Assembly (NCBI GenBank): GCA_023264015.1
Contig: JALQTJ010000004.1
Span: forward strand, 804-64,803
Direction: 5' to 3'
Source: Flavobacteriaceae bacterium
Lineage (GTDB): Bacteria; Bacteroidota; Bacteroidia; Flavobacteriales; Flavobacteriaceae
Length of the DNA stretch: 64,000 bases
Shown: positions 37,804-46,558 of the stretch, piece after piece
How positions within the stretch are numbered: the first letter of the stretch is position 1
Layout of the letters: every line of letters starts with the position of its first letter
The notes under the pieces: generated by a model
Told to the model about the DNA's origin: nothing
Databases searched by the model: none
The model's input: only the letters and a program-made list of their open reading frames with translations
Made by a program: the position numbers and the translations under genes

Positions 37804-40407
37804 ATGAAACAATTTGGCGCATTTTTTTTCGTTCTTTTCTGCACCTTTTTCTCGCAAGGTCTCGAGGCTCAAGAGATCGATTGGCGCTTTCAAGATCCTG
37901 AGCTCGACTTCGAGACGCGAACAGAGATTCTGGTTCAACAACTCACCCTAGAAGAAAAGGTGAGTCAACTGGTACATGAGGCTCCAGCCATTGAGCGACT
38001 TAATATCCCTTCGTACAATTGGTGGAACGAGGCGCTTCACGGCGTGGCAAGAAGCGGGTACGCCACAGTCTTTCCGCAGTCCATTTCGGTAGCCGCTTCT
38101 TTCGACAAAGACCTCCTCGAGCGAATAGGCACAGTAACCTCTGATGAAGCGCGTGCGAAGCATCATGACTTTATTCGAAAAGGCAAGCGCGGCATTTACA
38201 CCGGCCTGACCTTTTGGTCTCCAAACATTAATATCTTTAGAGATCCGCGCTGGGGACGTGGTCACGAGACTTATGGCGAAGATCCTTACCTGACCGGTAA
38301 ACTCGCTTCTTCTTTCATTAAAGGTCTGCAAGGTGACGATCCGAAATACCTCAAGACCATTGCCACTTCAAAGCATTTCGCCGTGCACTCAGGACCAGAG
38401 TCTTTACGTCACGGCTTCGATGTCGACGTTTCTGATGTCGATCTCTATGAAACCTACCTTGAGGCTTTTCGAATGACCGTCGTTGACGCCAATGTACAGT
38501 CGATCATGAGCGCCTACAACCGCTTCAGGGGAGCTCCTGCATCGGCGAGTTCATTTTTGTTAGACGAAGTGCTTAGAGCGCGTTGGGGGTTTGAGGGCTA
38601 TGTCGTCTCAGACTGCGGAGCCATAGGAGATATCTTGTACAATCACAAGATAGTAGAGAGCAAGGCAGAGGCTGCTCGTATCTCGCTTGAAGGCGGATGT
38701 GACCTCAACTGCGGGTCAACCTATCTCAGCCTTTTATCACTTGCAGAGCAAGGCTTAGTGAATCAAGAGGCCTTAGACAAGGCAGTGTCTCGCCTCTTCT
38801 TGAGTCGTTTTAGATTGGGAATGTTCGATCCAGAAGAACAGGTTCCTTTTAGCGGTCTTTCGGTGGATATTGTAGGGGCCGAAACCCATCTAGATCTCGC
38901 CAGAGAAGCTGCGCAAAAGAGCATTGTACTTCTCAAAAACGAGAACAATATATTACCCTTAGACAAGCACGCACTCCAGAAAATAGCCGTCATCGGACCA
39001 AATGCTGACAACTGGGAATCTTTAGTCGGAAACTACCACGGCACTCCCATTGAGCCCGTGACCTTTCTAAAGGGGTTGCAACGAAAATTGAGTCCTGCCG
39101 TAGAGGTAGCGTATGCAAGAGGATCGCATTTCAGTGATGAAGTCTATGCACTCGAACCGATCCCATCCGTTTATTTTGAAACGGCTGATGGGCGCCAAGG
39201 GTTAGATGCCGAATATTACGACAATATGAATTGGGAGGATACACCCGTTTTAAAGCGTATAGACGATGCCATTGACTTTTGGTGGGAACACGACCCCATT
39301 TCGAAAGAACTTTCAGACTTCTTCTCGGTCAAATGGACTGGGTATCTTATTCCACCGGCAACAGGCGAGTACGAATTAGCCACCTTCGCTAAGATGGGGA
39401 TGAGTCTCAAAATTGACGGCCTAGAAATCAGCAATGGAAAAGGCATGGTGCACGAGACTACCTATGCAAGAGAAAAGTTACGTCTAGAAAAAGGCAAGCG
39501 CTATCCTATTGAGGTGCGCTATTTCAGTGACGACTCCAATGCAGAATGCCGTTTACTCTGGACGCGCACCGACACTAATCTTCAATCAGACGCCGTAAAA
39601 CTTGCCCGTGAATCTGACCTAAGCATAGTGGTATTAGGCCTCAGTCAGCGCTTAGAAGGTGAAGGTGGAGATCGCGAAGATATTGCACTGCCCAAGGTGC
39701 AAACTGATCTTCTCAAAGCGATTCACGCCACCGGAAAACCCGTGATTGTAGTACTCAATGCCGGATCAGCCTTAGCGGTGAATTGGGCCAAAGAACATGT
39801 AGACGCGCTCCTAAGCGTCGGATATCCGGGAGAGCAAGGGGGTAATGCCTTGGCTGACGTACTCTTTGGTGATTACAATCCGGCCGGAAGGCTACCGATT
39901 ACTTATTATACTGCCTTAGACGAATTACCTGCCTTTGAAGATTATGCCATGAGCGATCGCACCTATAAATACTACAAAGGTGAGCCCCTATTTCCGTTTG
40001 GATTTGGTTTGAGCTACACACGGTTCAGCTACAGCAACTTAAACGCTACTTCAAGCCTGAAGGCAGGAGATAACCTTACCGTTCGCGTTACCTTGACCAA
40101 TACGGGTGATCGTGCGGGAGATGAAGTAGTGCAGGTGTACCTCAGCGATCTCAAGGCCAGCACTCCAAGACCGCAGCATCAGTTGGTTGCCTTTGAACGG
40201 GTTTACCTTAGACCCAATGAGCAGCGTGAGCTCACCTTCGAAATTGATGCTCGCGCCTTTTCACTTATAAACTCACAAGGCAAACGAGTGATCGAATCAG
40301 GTGCATTTGAGCTTTATGTAGGAGGAGGCCAGCCTCAATTTACCGAGAAAGATCAACAGGTACATAAACGCATCATAGTTAAAGGTCAGAGCAACCTAGG
40401 CTTATAA
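37804..40407 (+). CDS. GH3 beta-glucosidase/beta-xylosidase with inserted PA14 domain, secreted
   Basis: 867-aa ORF with a signal peptide. GH3 blocks are NWWNEALHGV, KHFAVHSGPE and the nucleophile context GYVVSDCGAI. The PA14-like insert is GLDAEYYDNMNWEDTPV ... FSVKWTGYL. Confidence 0.85.
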   Translation: MKQFGAFFFVLFCTFFSQGLEAQEIDWRFQDPELDFETRTEILVQQLTLEEKVSQLVHEAPAIERLNIPSYNWWNEALHGVARSGYATVFPQSISVAASFDKDLLERIGTVTSDEARAKHHDFIRKGKRGIYTGLTFWSPNINIFRDPRWGRGHETYGEDPYLTGKLASSFIKGLQGDDPKYLKTIATSKHFAVHSGPESLRHGFDVDVSDVDLYETYLEAFRMTVVDANVQSIMSAYNRFRGAPASASSFLLDEVLRARWGFEGYVVSDCGAIGDILYNHKIVESKAEAARISLEGGCDLNCGSTYLSLLSLAEQGLVNQEALDKAVSRLFLSRFRLGMFDPEEQVPFSGLSVDIVGAETHLDLAREAAQKSIVLLKNENNILPLDKHALQKIAVIGPNADNWESLVGNYHGTPIEPVTFLKGLQRKLSPAVEVAYARGSHFSDEVYALEPIPSVYFETADGRQGLDAEYYDNMNWEDTPVLKRIDDAIDFWWEHDPISKELSDFFSVKWTGYLIPPATGEYELATFAKMGMSLKIDGLEISNGKGMVHETTYAREKLRLEKGKRYPIEVRYFSDDSNAECRLLWTRTDTNLQSDAVKLARESDLSIVVLGLSQRLEGEGGDREDIALPKVQTDLLKAIHATGKPVIVVLNAGSALAVNWAKEHVDALLSVGYPGEQGGNALADVLFGDYNPAGRLPITYYTALDELPAFEDYAMSDRTYKYYKGEPLFPFGFGLSYTRFSYSNLNATSSLKAGDNLTVRVTLTNTGDRAGDEVVQVYLSDLKASTPRPQHQLVAFERVYLRPNEQRELTFEIDARAFSLINSQGKRVIESGAFELYVGGGQPQFTEKDQQVHKRIIVKGQSNLGL

Positions 40408-40447
40408 GCGAAAGAATAACTATCTTAAAGTATTGATAAACAGAAAG

Positions 40448-41563
40448 ATGAAACTACTTAAAGGCCTCTTTTTGGGCAGTCTACTCAGCGGACTCTTCTT
40501 ATCGAGTACGCTAGCCCAGTCTTCACAAGACAAGACCAAACTTAAATTAGGAATCATAGGGCTCGTTCACGATCACGTGCATTGGATCTTCAATCGAGAC
40601 AATAATGACCTAGAGGTTGTAGGTATTGTAGAAACCAATCCAGCCGCGATCGCAAAGTTCAAAGAGCGCTACCAATTAGAGGATGCCATATTCTTTTCTA
40701 GCTACGAAGACCTAATGCGCGAGGCCCAGCCAGAGGCTGTTTCGGCCTTCAACGAAACCGCAGAACACCTCGATGTAGCTTCGTTCTTTTTGCCAAAAAA
40801 TATCCCTGTAATGGTAGAAAAGCCATTAGCTACTTCCTACGCAGATGCCCAAGAGATGGTGCGACTCTCTGAAAAACACCAGACTCCCTTACTGGTCAAT
40901 TACGAGACTTCGTGGTACGAAAGCACCTACGAGACCAAGGCATTGATTGAGGATGGGGCCTTGGGTAAGCCCAAAAAACTCGTGTTCAATACCGGGCACA
41001 TGGGACCGGTAGAGATTGGGTGTTCTCCTGAATTCTTGGCTTGGCTCACCGATCCGGTGCTTAACGGAGGAGGGGCCGTCACCGATTTTGGCTGTTACGG
41101 CGCCAATATCAGCACCTGGCTGCTCGAAGGCAGAACTCCTGAGCGCGTCACAGCGGTATTGAAACAAACCAAACCCTCAATCTATACAAAGGTTGATGAC
41201 GACACCACCATCATACTTGATTATGACGATTTACAAGTGGTCATACAGGCCTCGTGGAACTGGACACACCATCGCAAAGACATGGAGGTATACCTCGATA
41301 AAGCCTCAATCTATGCGCTTGATGCTACCCGCATGCGTATTTTAGAATACGACTCAGGCAAAGAACAAACGCACGAGCCTGCATCTATTGAAGCCTACCA
41401 AAAAGATCCTTTTCGCCTATTGGTCGAAGTGGTTAAGCAAGGCAGAAAAGTCGATAGTCATTCGCTTTACGGCACCTCAAATAATCTCACCGTAGTTAAA
41501 CTTTTAGAACTCGCCAAAAGATCGGCTGACCTAGAGCGCACCGTCGAGTGGACAGAACTGTAA
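40448..41563 (+). CDS. Gfo/Idh/MocA-family oxidoreductase with N-terminal signal peptide (periplasmic)
   Basis: MKLLKGLFLGSLLSGLFLSSTLAQ signal, then LKLGIIGLVHDHVHW and the EKP motif (MVEKPL). The start is set at the ATG at 40448; the track start is a TTG five codons upstream. Confidence 0.7.
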   Translation: MKLLKGLFLGSLLSGLFLSSTLAQSSQDKTKLKLGIIGLVHDHVHWIFNRDNNDLEVVGIVETNPAAIAKFKERYQLEDAIFFSSYEDLMREAQPEAVSAFNETAEHLDVASFFLPKNIPVMVEKPLATSYADAQEMVRLSEKHQTPLLVNYETSWYESTYETKALIEDGALGKPKKLVFNTGHMGPVEIGCSPEFLAWLTDPVLNGGGAVTDFGCYGANISTWLLEGRTPERVTAVLKQTKPSIYTKVDDDTTIILDYDDLQVVIQASWNWTHHRKDMEVYLDKASIYALDATRMRILEYDSGKEQTHEPASIEAYQKDPFRLLVEVVKQGRKVDSHSLYGTSNNLTVVKLLELAKRSADLERTVEWTEL

Positions 41564-42232
41564 TTAGAAGTCGAAATAGGTATCCAGAAAAGGCTCATTG
41601 ACTAGGGTGTAATGCCACCACTCTTGGGCATAGTTTTTAAAGCCAAAATGCGACATCACTTCATAAAGCAACTTCCTATTGGTTTTCTGCTCTTCAGAAA
41701 GGGCGTCGTAAAAGGTAGCCGATTCAGGGCCAAAAAAGTCAAAGGGTGTGCCCATATCGAGCTCCTCGCCCTTTCGAACCCCTACAGTATAGATCACGGT
41801 AAGATCAACCGTGCTTCCTCGAGAATGACCTGAGCGTTTTGCAATATATCCCTGCTCGAATAATTGGTCTTTAGGGATTGTGGGGTAATAAGCTGCCTTC
41901 ATAGTGGTGTCCGTTGCACGTTCGGCCCATTCAACAAAGAAATTCACCGCGCGCTGCGGACGGTATCCGTCAAACAACTTCAATCCCAATCCTCTGGTTC
42001 TTAAAGAGTCTTGAACCTTTTTTAACGCATTAAGAGTGCCTAGGGTCAGTACTCTTTTGGCCGGGTTGTAGCCTCGAACCACAGATCCGGTAAAGTTCGC
42101 CGTACTGGCATAGCGCAGCTCAACCGTTAGATCTGGTACGACCCTATCTATTTTTGCAAAGCCATCAGGGATCTGCTGCGCACGCATTGGAGCAAACATT
42201 ACCGTTAGCAGCAAGAATAAAGAATGCTTCAT
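41564..42232 (-). CDS. D-alanyl-D-alanine dipeptidase (VanX/DdpX-like, peptidase M15D), secreted
   Basis: 222-aa ORF with signal peptide MKHSLFLLLTVMFAPMRAQ. Zn-ligand and catalytic blocks FDGYRP, SGHSRGSTVDLT and EWWHYT. Its start overlaps the TonB receptor stop by 4 nt. Confidence 0.8.
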   Translation of the reverse strand: MKHSLFLLLTVMFAPMRAQQIPDGFAKIDRVVPDLTVELRYASTANFTGSVVRGYNPAKRVLTLGTLNALKKVQDSLRTRGLGLKLFDGYRPQRAVNFFVEWAERATDTTMKAAYYPTIPKDQLFEQGYIAKRSGHSRGSTVDLTVIYTVGVRKGEELDMGTPFDFFGPESATFYDALSEEQKTNRKLLYEVMSHFGFKNYAQEWWHYTLVNEPFLDTYFDF

Positions 42233-44280
42233 AGGCTCATTTTGATTCCGATGTAAACCTGACGGGGTAATCCGAGTTCATAGTAACGCGACCCAAAGGC
42301 ATTGATTCGAATGTTATCGGCATAACGCACATTCGCAATATTTTGAACACCCATCGTGGCAGCAAGACTCAGTGAGGTTAAAGTCCACTTTTTCTGAAGG
42401 CTAAAATGATCTAACCAGAAGCCCTCAACCCGGTTAAGATTTTCATCATCAGCATATAAGGCACCTCGTCGAACCCGTTGGTAATTGAGACGTATCGATT
42501 CAGCGGCCTGGTAGGAGAGTTGCAAACTGCCCGATTGCCATGGCACACCCGGCAGATGTCGGTTTGCCACTTCTGGCGCACTATCCTCGGCAAACCTAAG
42601 GTCTAAATAGGCGTACACCAGATCAAGATTAAACCTATTGAATTGCCTTTGGTAGGCAAGCTCGATACCCGAGCGCTTGGTCTGGCCGGCGTTACGGTAA
42701 AAGCTACGCCCAGGAAATGCCGCTAACTCATAAGGAACAATATCGTTGATAGTCTTACCGGTAAAAAGCACCACCTCCCAATTCGAGTAAGAGGCACGCC
42801 TGTTCACTCCCAGCTCGAGCATCTCAGTCTCTTGAACACCCAAGTCTTGATTAAAACCTGAGGTGCTATACGGAGGAGTGATCAATTCACTGAGTGCTGG
42901 CGTTTCGTAAGCCTTTGACCCGTTAGCAAAGACCGATAGTTCAGGATGGAGCTGATATGAAAATCCCATTTGAGGGCTCATCGCATTGAGATTTATGGCA
43001 TCAGAATCATCGACTCCGTCAGCCCGAAAGAAGTCTTCAAGTTCAAGTTTATTGCGATCAAAACGCAGTCCTCCTTGAAACAATAGACGCTTGCTTTTGA
43101 GCTCATAAAGCAGGTACGACCCCAGACTTGAAAAACCCTCATCTTGATCGAGACTAAGTGCCCCTCGTGAACCCGATAGGTTTTCATAGCGTCTTCTGTG
43201 GTCACGCTGATAAGCCCAATCGTATCCCACTATCAAATCGTGTTTCACCTTGACCTCTTTTGAAAAAGTCCACCTTAGAGAAGACCCCTGGCCCGCATAA
43301 AACCGATCTAAAACAACTGCGCCACCATTTGCAAAGGGTAGAAAGCCTTCAAAATTTCGTCCAGAGAAAAACCCATAAGTGGTAAGCTCATAGGCAGCGC
43401 TGCGGTGATTCAATGAACTTCCTACTTTGTAATGACGAATAGATTCTCCCGCACCATAAGCAACGTTTTGACTTCTGGCTTGAAAAGGATCTGCATTGAA
43501 GTCTTCAAGATCAATGGCTCCTGGATCGTCAGCCATTGGGCTATCGGCATAATTCGCTTGAATTACCCATTTCGAATCCTTTGAAAAGCGTCTCACATAT
43601 TTCAGGTTGGCTAGTGAAGTCTTAGTGCGGCTATGCGCCCTATACCCTTCAATGTCCTGATGTGAAAGATGAAGTAACAATCCACCCTTATTGAGTTGAA
43701 GCGCTGAGGTATACGTGAATTGTGTTTGCCCAAAAGCCCCAATACGCATGGTCAATCGATGCCTATCAGCGGTCAGGTTTTCACGGGTGTCAATACTGAT
43801 TACCCCTCCTGAAGCATTGCCGTATCGCAGAGAAGACGGACCTCTCAGCACAGCTATTGTTTCAATGAGGTCTAGCGGAAGGTTATCGAGCTGTCCTTGC
43901 CCGTCTGGTGTGGTCTCTGGAATATTATCGACCACCAATTTAATGCCACGGATACCGAAGGCTGCCCTTGCACCAAAGCCTCGGATTGAAATGCGCAAGT
44001 CTTGTGCGTAATTTGAACTGTTCAGTGCGATGAGTCCAGGAACCTGATACAGATACTCCTGAAGCGATCGCTGCGCACCCTGATAATCTGACGAAAAAGA
44101 GCTAATGCTTAAGGCCGCAGGTACCCTTTCTAATGCAATGCGTTGCCTCAAAGCTGTATCGGCAACTTCTTCAAGCTCAATCTCTGCAATAGAGTCGTTG
44201 CTGCTTTGAGCACGCAAAATAGGAGTTGCAAAAAGCGGTACGAGACCAAATAAAACAATCCGTAACCGGGCTTTACACAC
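42229..44280 (-). CDS. TonB-dependent outer-membrane receptor
   Basis: 683-aa ORF with a signal peptide. The plug blocks are LRISIRGFG, VVDNIPETTPDGQ and IAVLRGPSSLRYGNASGGVISI, followed by a long beta-barrel region. Confidence 0.85.
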   Translation of the reverse strand: MCKARLRIVLFGLVPLFATPILRAQSSNDSIAEIELEEVADTALRQRIALERVPAALSISSFSSDYQGAQRSLQEYLYQVPGLIALNSSNYAQDLRISIRGFGARAAFGIRGIKLVVDNIPETTPDGQGQLDNLPLDLIETIAVLRGPSSLRYGNASGGVISIDTRENLTADRHRLTMRIGAFGQTQFTYTSALQLNKGGLLLHLSHQDIEGYRAHSRTKTSLANLKYVRRFSKDSKWVIQANYADSPMADDPGAIDLEDFNADPFQARSQNVAYGAGESIRHYKVGSSLNHRSAAYELTTYGFFSGRNFEGFLPFANGGAVVLDRFYAGQGSSLRWTFSKEVKVKHDLIVGYDWAYQRDHRRRYENLSGSRGALSLDQDEGFSSLGSYLLYELKSKRLLFQGGLRFDRNKLELEDFFRADGVDDSDAINLNAMSPQMGFSYQLHPELSVFANGSKAYETPALSELITPPYSTSGFNQDLGVQETEMLELGVNRRASYSNWEVVLFTGKTINDIVPYELAAFPGRSFYRNAGQTKRSGIELAYQRQFNRFNLDLVYAYLDLRFAEDSAPEVANRHLPGVPWQSGSLQLSYQAAESIRLNYQRVRRGALYADDENLNRVEGFWLDHFSLQKKWTLTSLSLAATMGVQNIANVRYADNIRINAFGSRYYELGLPRQVYIGIKMSL

Positions 44281-44704
44281 GGTGGTAGTCGCCTTTCCAG
44301 TTTTTGATTTTCGCCTTAATCTCTTTAGCCAGAAGCTTGTCTTTTACTGCCTGATCAACTAAATCAAGATATTCTTCGTCAGAAGCAAACCTCAACGCAA
44401 TAATCTGAGAGAGTCTCAACGATGAGGGTAGTGGCTTTTGGGTAAGAAGGTAATGTCTAAAATTCTCTTCTGCCCGTATAGCACGGTCTTGTGCCTTAAG
44501 TGCAAACGTTCTCGTAAACCACATCAAAAGAATCAAAATTGGAGCGAGAAGTACGAGCAATGAAGCGAGATAATAGTTGTCTGCTGAAGCGCTAGCCCAG
44601 TAATTTAATGCCCCCCCGAAAAAGAGGACGATAAGAACAAAGAGGGCTCCGTGAAAGCCTTTTACTATTCTAGTGTGATTCTTAAAATTTTGAGCCTGTG
44701 CCAT
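44273..44704 (-). CDS. conserved 2-TM membrane protein (DUF6526-like)
   Basis: 143-aa ORF with two hydrophobic helices, then the block ALKAQDRAIRAEENFRHYLL ... IIALRFASDEEY ... IKNWKGDYHRV, which I recognise as a Bacteroidota-conserved family of unknown function. It overlaps the receptor start by 8 nt. Confidence 0.55.
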   Translation of the reverse strand: MAQAQNFKNHTRIVKGFHGALFVLIVLFFGGALNYWASASADNYYLASLLVLLAPILILLMWFTRTFALKAQDRAIRAEENFRHYLLTQKPLPSSLRLSQIIALRFASDEEYLDLVDQAVKDKLLAKEIKAKIKNWKGDYHRV

Positions 44705-44775
44705 AATCGAGTAGGTTTAATTCCTTAATAGACCAAATTAACGCTAATTTTAATCACACCATAATCCCAACCCTG

Positions 44776-45522
44776 ATGAAGAAAAGTATCCTGATTACAC
44801 TAATGGCTTTACTAGGTCTTACTTCAATGAATGGCCAAGTAGCTTCTACTTCGAAAGAACTCGTAGAACTAAGAACCTATGAGGTAAAGACTGGCGCGAA
44901 TATGAATGTACTGGTCGATTATTTAAAAGAGGTCCTAACTCCCACACTTAAATCTAAAGGAGCTTCAGAAGTAGCCCTTTTCAATGAATATGGAAATTCA
45001 GAGCCTCGAAAACTTTATTTGATGGTGGCTTATCCGAATAGCGAGGCCTTTATCAAAAGCCAAGAACTTCACAAAGACATGGCCTATAACCAAGCGGCGG
45101 CCTCTTACAATAGCATCGGCATTGAGAACACTTTATACAACCGCATAACATCAATGTTACTTCTTTCTTTTGACGCCCTACCAAAAATGGATCCGCTCAA
45201 GCCTGATTCAACGCTTTTTGAGCTTCGCACCTACGAAAGCTATAGTGAGGATGCCAACAGAAGAAAAATCGACATGTTTAACAATGAAGAGTTAGAACTC
45301 TTTTATGAGGTCGGGCTTCATCCTGTATTTTTCGGAGAACAAATTATCGGAGCGCAGCGCCCTTGTTTGACCTACATGATTCAGTTCAAAGACATGGAAG
45401 AGCACGATGCCAATTGGAAAAAATTCATCGACGCTCCTGCTTGGAAAGAGATGTCTTCAAAAGAGATTTATGCGGACACCGCCACAAAAATTCACAAGGT
45501 GTTCTTAAACAGGGTATTTTAA
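44776..45522 (+). CDS. NIPSNAP-family protein (two NIPSNAP repeats), secreted
   Basis: 248-aa ORF with a signal peptide and two ELRTYE-type repeats (VELRTYEVKTG and FELRTYESYSE). Confidence 0.7.
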   Translation: MKKSILITLMALLGLTSMNGQVASTSKELVELRTYEVKTGANMNVLVDYLKEVLTPTLKSKGASEVALFNEYGNSEPRKLYLMVAYPNSEAFIKSQELHKDMAYNQAAASYNSIGIENTLYNRITSMLLLSFDALPKMDPLKPDSTLFELRTYESYSEDANRRKIDMFNNEELELFYEVGLHPVFFGEQIIGAQRPCLTYMIQFKDMEEHDANWKKFIDAPAWKEMSSKEIYADTATKIHKVFLNRVF

Positions 45523-45525
45523 ATA

Positions 45526-45554
45526 GAAAAAGCCGCTTGTAGCGGCTTTTTTTG
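45526..45554. terminator. bidirectional rho-independent terminator between convergent genes
   Basis: The sequence is aaaa-AGCCGCT-tgt-AGCGGCT-tttttt: a 7-bp stem, extendable through the A/T arms, 4 nt after the stop at 45522 and 23 nt from the stop at 45577. Confidence 0.8.
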
Positions 45555-45576
45555 TTTATCACAGAAACGCTCGGCC

Positions 45577-46086
45577 TTACATGGCGGGTTGAATTTTAGC
45601 CGAAGCTCTCCCGTATTCCCAGCGTACCTCGAATCCGTCAGGATTCACCTCGTATACCAAACGCTCTTCAAAGGTGCTTCCTTGACCTCCGTAGACGTTG
45701 ACTCGAAGTTGGTCTTCTTCTGCATTGTAATTAAAAGCTCCCCATTGGTCAGCCACTTTGTTGAAAATAAAGGTTGACTGATACTCATTCGGAATAATAA
45801 AGAAGCTGTAAGTTCCGGCAGGTAAACGCTTTCCTTCAATAAGAATGTCTTTCTCTGTGGTAAATCTTGTCGCCTCATTGGCTCCAGCACGCCATACTTG
45901 ACCAAGTGGAACAAGATCTCCCCAGATCATTCGTCCCTTAACTGCTGGTGAAGAATAGTTAATCGTTATGGAACTGCCCCCGGCTACTCCCTCAGCCACA
46001 CGAGCTGGGCTCGCCTTTTCTTGTGCGAATGAAAAAGCTGTCAGAAGTACAGCTGCTAGTGATAAAATAAAATTTCTTTTTCTCAT
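45577..46086 (-). CDS. DUF2911 domain protein, secreted
   Basis: Signal peptide from MRKRNFILSLAAVLLTAFSFAQ (ATG at 46084-46086). The VWRAGANEATRFT and LPAGTYSFFIIP blocks are typical of DUF2911. Confidence 0.7.
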   Translation of the reverse strand: MRKRNFILSLAAVLLTAFSFAQEKASPARVAEGVAGGSSITINYSSPAVKGRMIWGDLVPLGQVWRAGANEATRFTTEKDILIEGKRLPAGTYSFFIIPNEYQSTFIFNKVADQWGAFNYNAEEDQLRVNVYGGQGSTFEERLVYEVNPDGFEVRWEYGRASAKIQPAM

Positions 46087-46149
46087 GATAGGTGTTTTTA
46101 AGACTATGAAGTTAACCAAAACTAAGATGTACTTGTGACCTATGTTACA

Positions 46150-46178
46150 TTGTCTGCGTTAGGATAATGGTAATTTTG
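46150..46178 (+). promoter_or_regulatory. Bacteroidota-type sigma-A promoter candidate (TTG - 18 nt - TAATTTTG) for the thioredoxin gene
   Basis: TTG at 46150-46152 and TAATTTTG at 46171-46178 fit the -33 TTG / -7 TAnnTTTG consensus described for Bacteroides and Flavobacterium. The ATG is 17 nt downstream. Confidence 0.45.
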
Positions 46179-46195
46179 TACTAAACTAAAGAATC

Positions 46196-46558
46196 ATGCC
46201 AACCGTAAAGCTGACTACTCAGAAATTCAAAGACGAGATCTTCGATTATACGCAAGAACGCGAATGGAACTACAAAGGAAACAAACCTGCCATTATCGAC
46301 TTTTATGCCGATTGGTGTGGCCCATGTAAAATGGTGGCTCCAATTCTTGAAGAGTTAAGTGACGAAAATCCTGAAATCATCATCTACAAAGTAGATACTG
46401 AAGTTGAGCAAGAACTCTCGGCAGTATTTCAAATCAGAAGCATTCCGAGTATTCTGTTCATCCCTAAAGACAATCGTCAACCTATGATGCAACCTGGGGC
46501 ACTTCCGAAAAATGCGCTTCAAGAAATTATAGACAAAGAACTCGTTCAGTCTGCCTAA
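46196..46558 (+). CDS. thioredoxin
   Basis: 120-aa ORF with the active site DFYADWCGPCKM and the cis-Pro context IRSIPSILF. Confidence 0.9.
   Translation: MPTVKLTTQKFKDEIFDYTQEREWNYKGNKPAIIDFYADWCGPCKMVAPILEELSDENPEIIIYKVDTEVEQELSAVFQIRSIPSILFIPKDNRQPMMQPGALPKNALQEIIDKELVQSA

Noticed and set aside
41564-42232. The VanX-like dipeptidase as a vancomycin-resistance determinant.
   Set aside because: No vanH, vanA/B ligase or vanRS genes are present anywhere in the window. The enzyme is secreted and coupled to a TonB receptor, which fits nutrient scavenging (DdpX-like) better than resistance.
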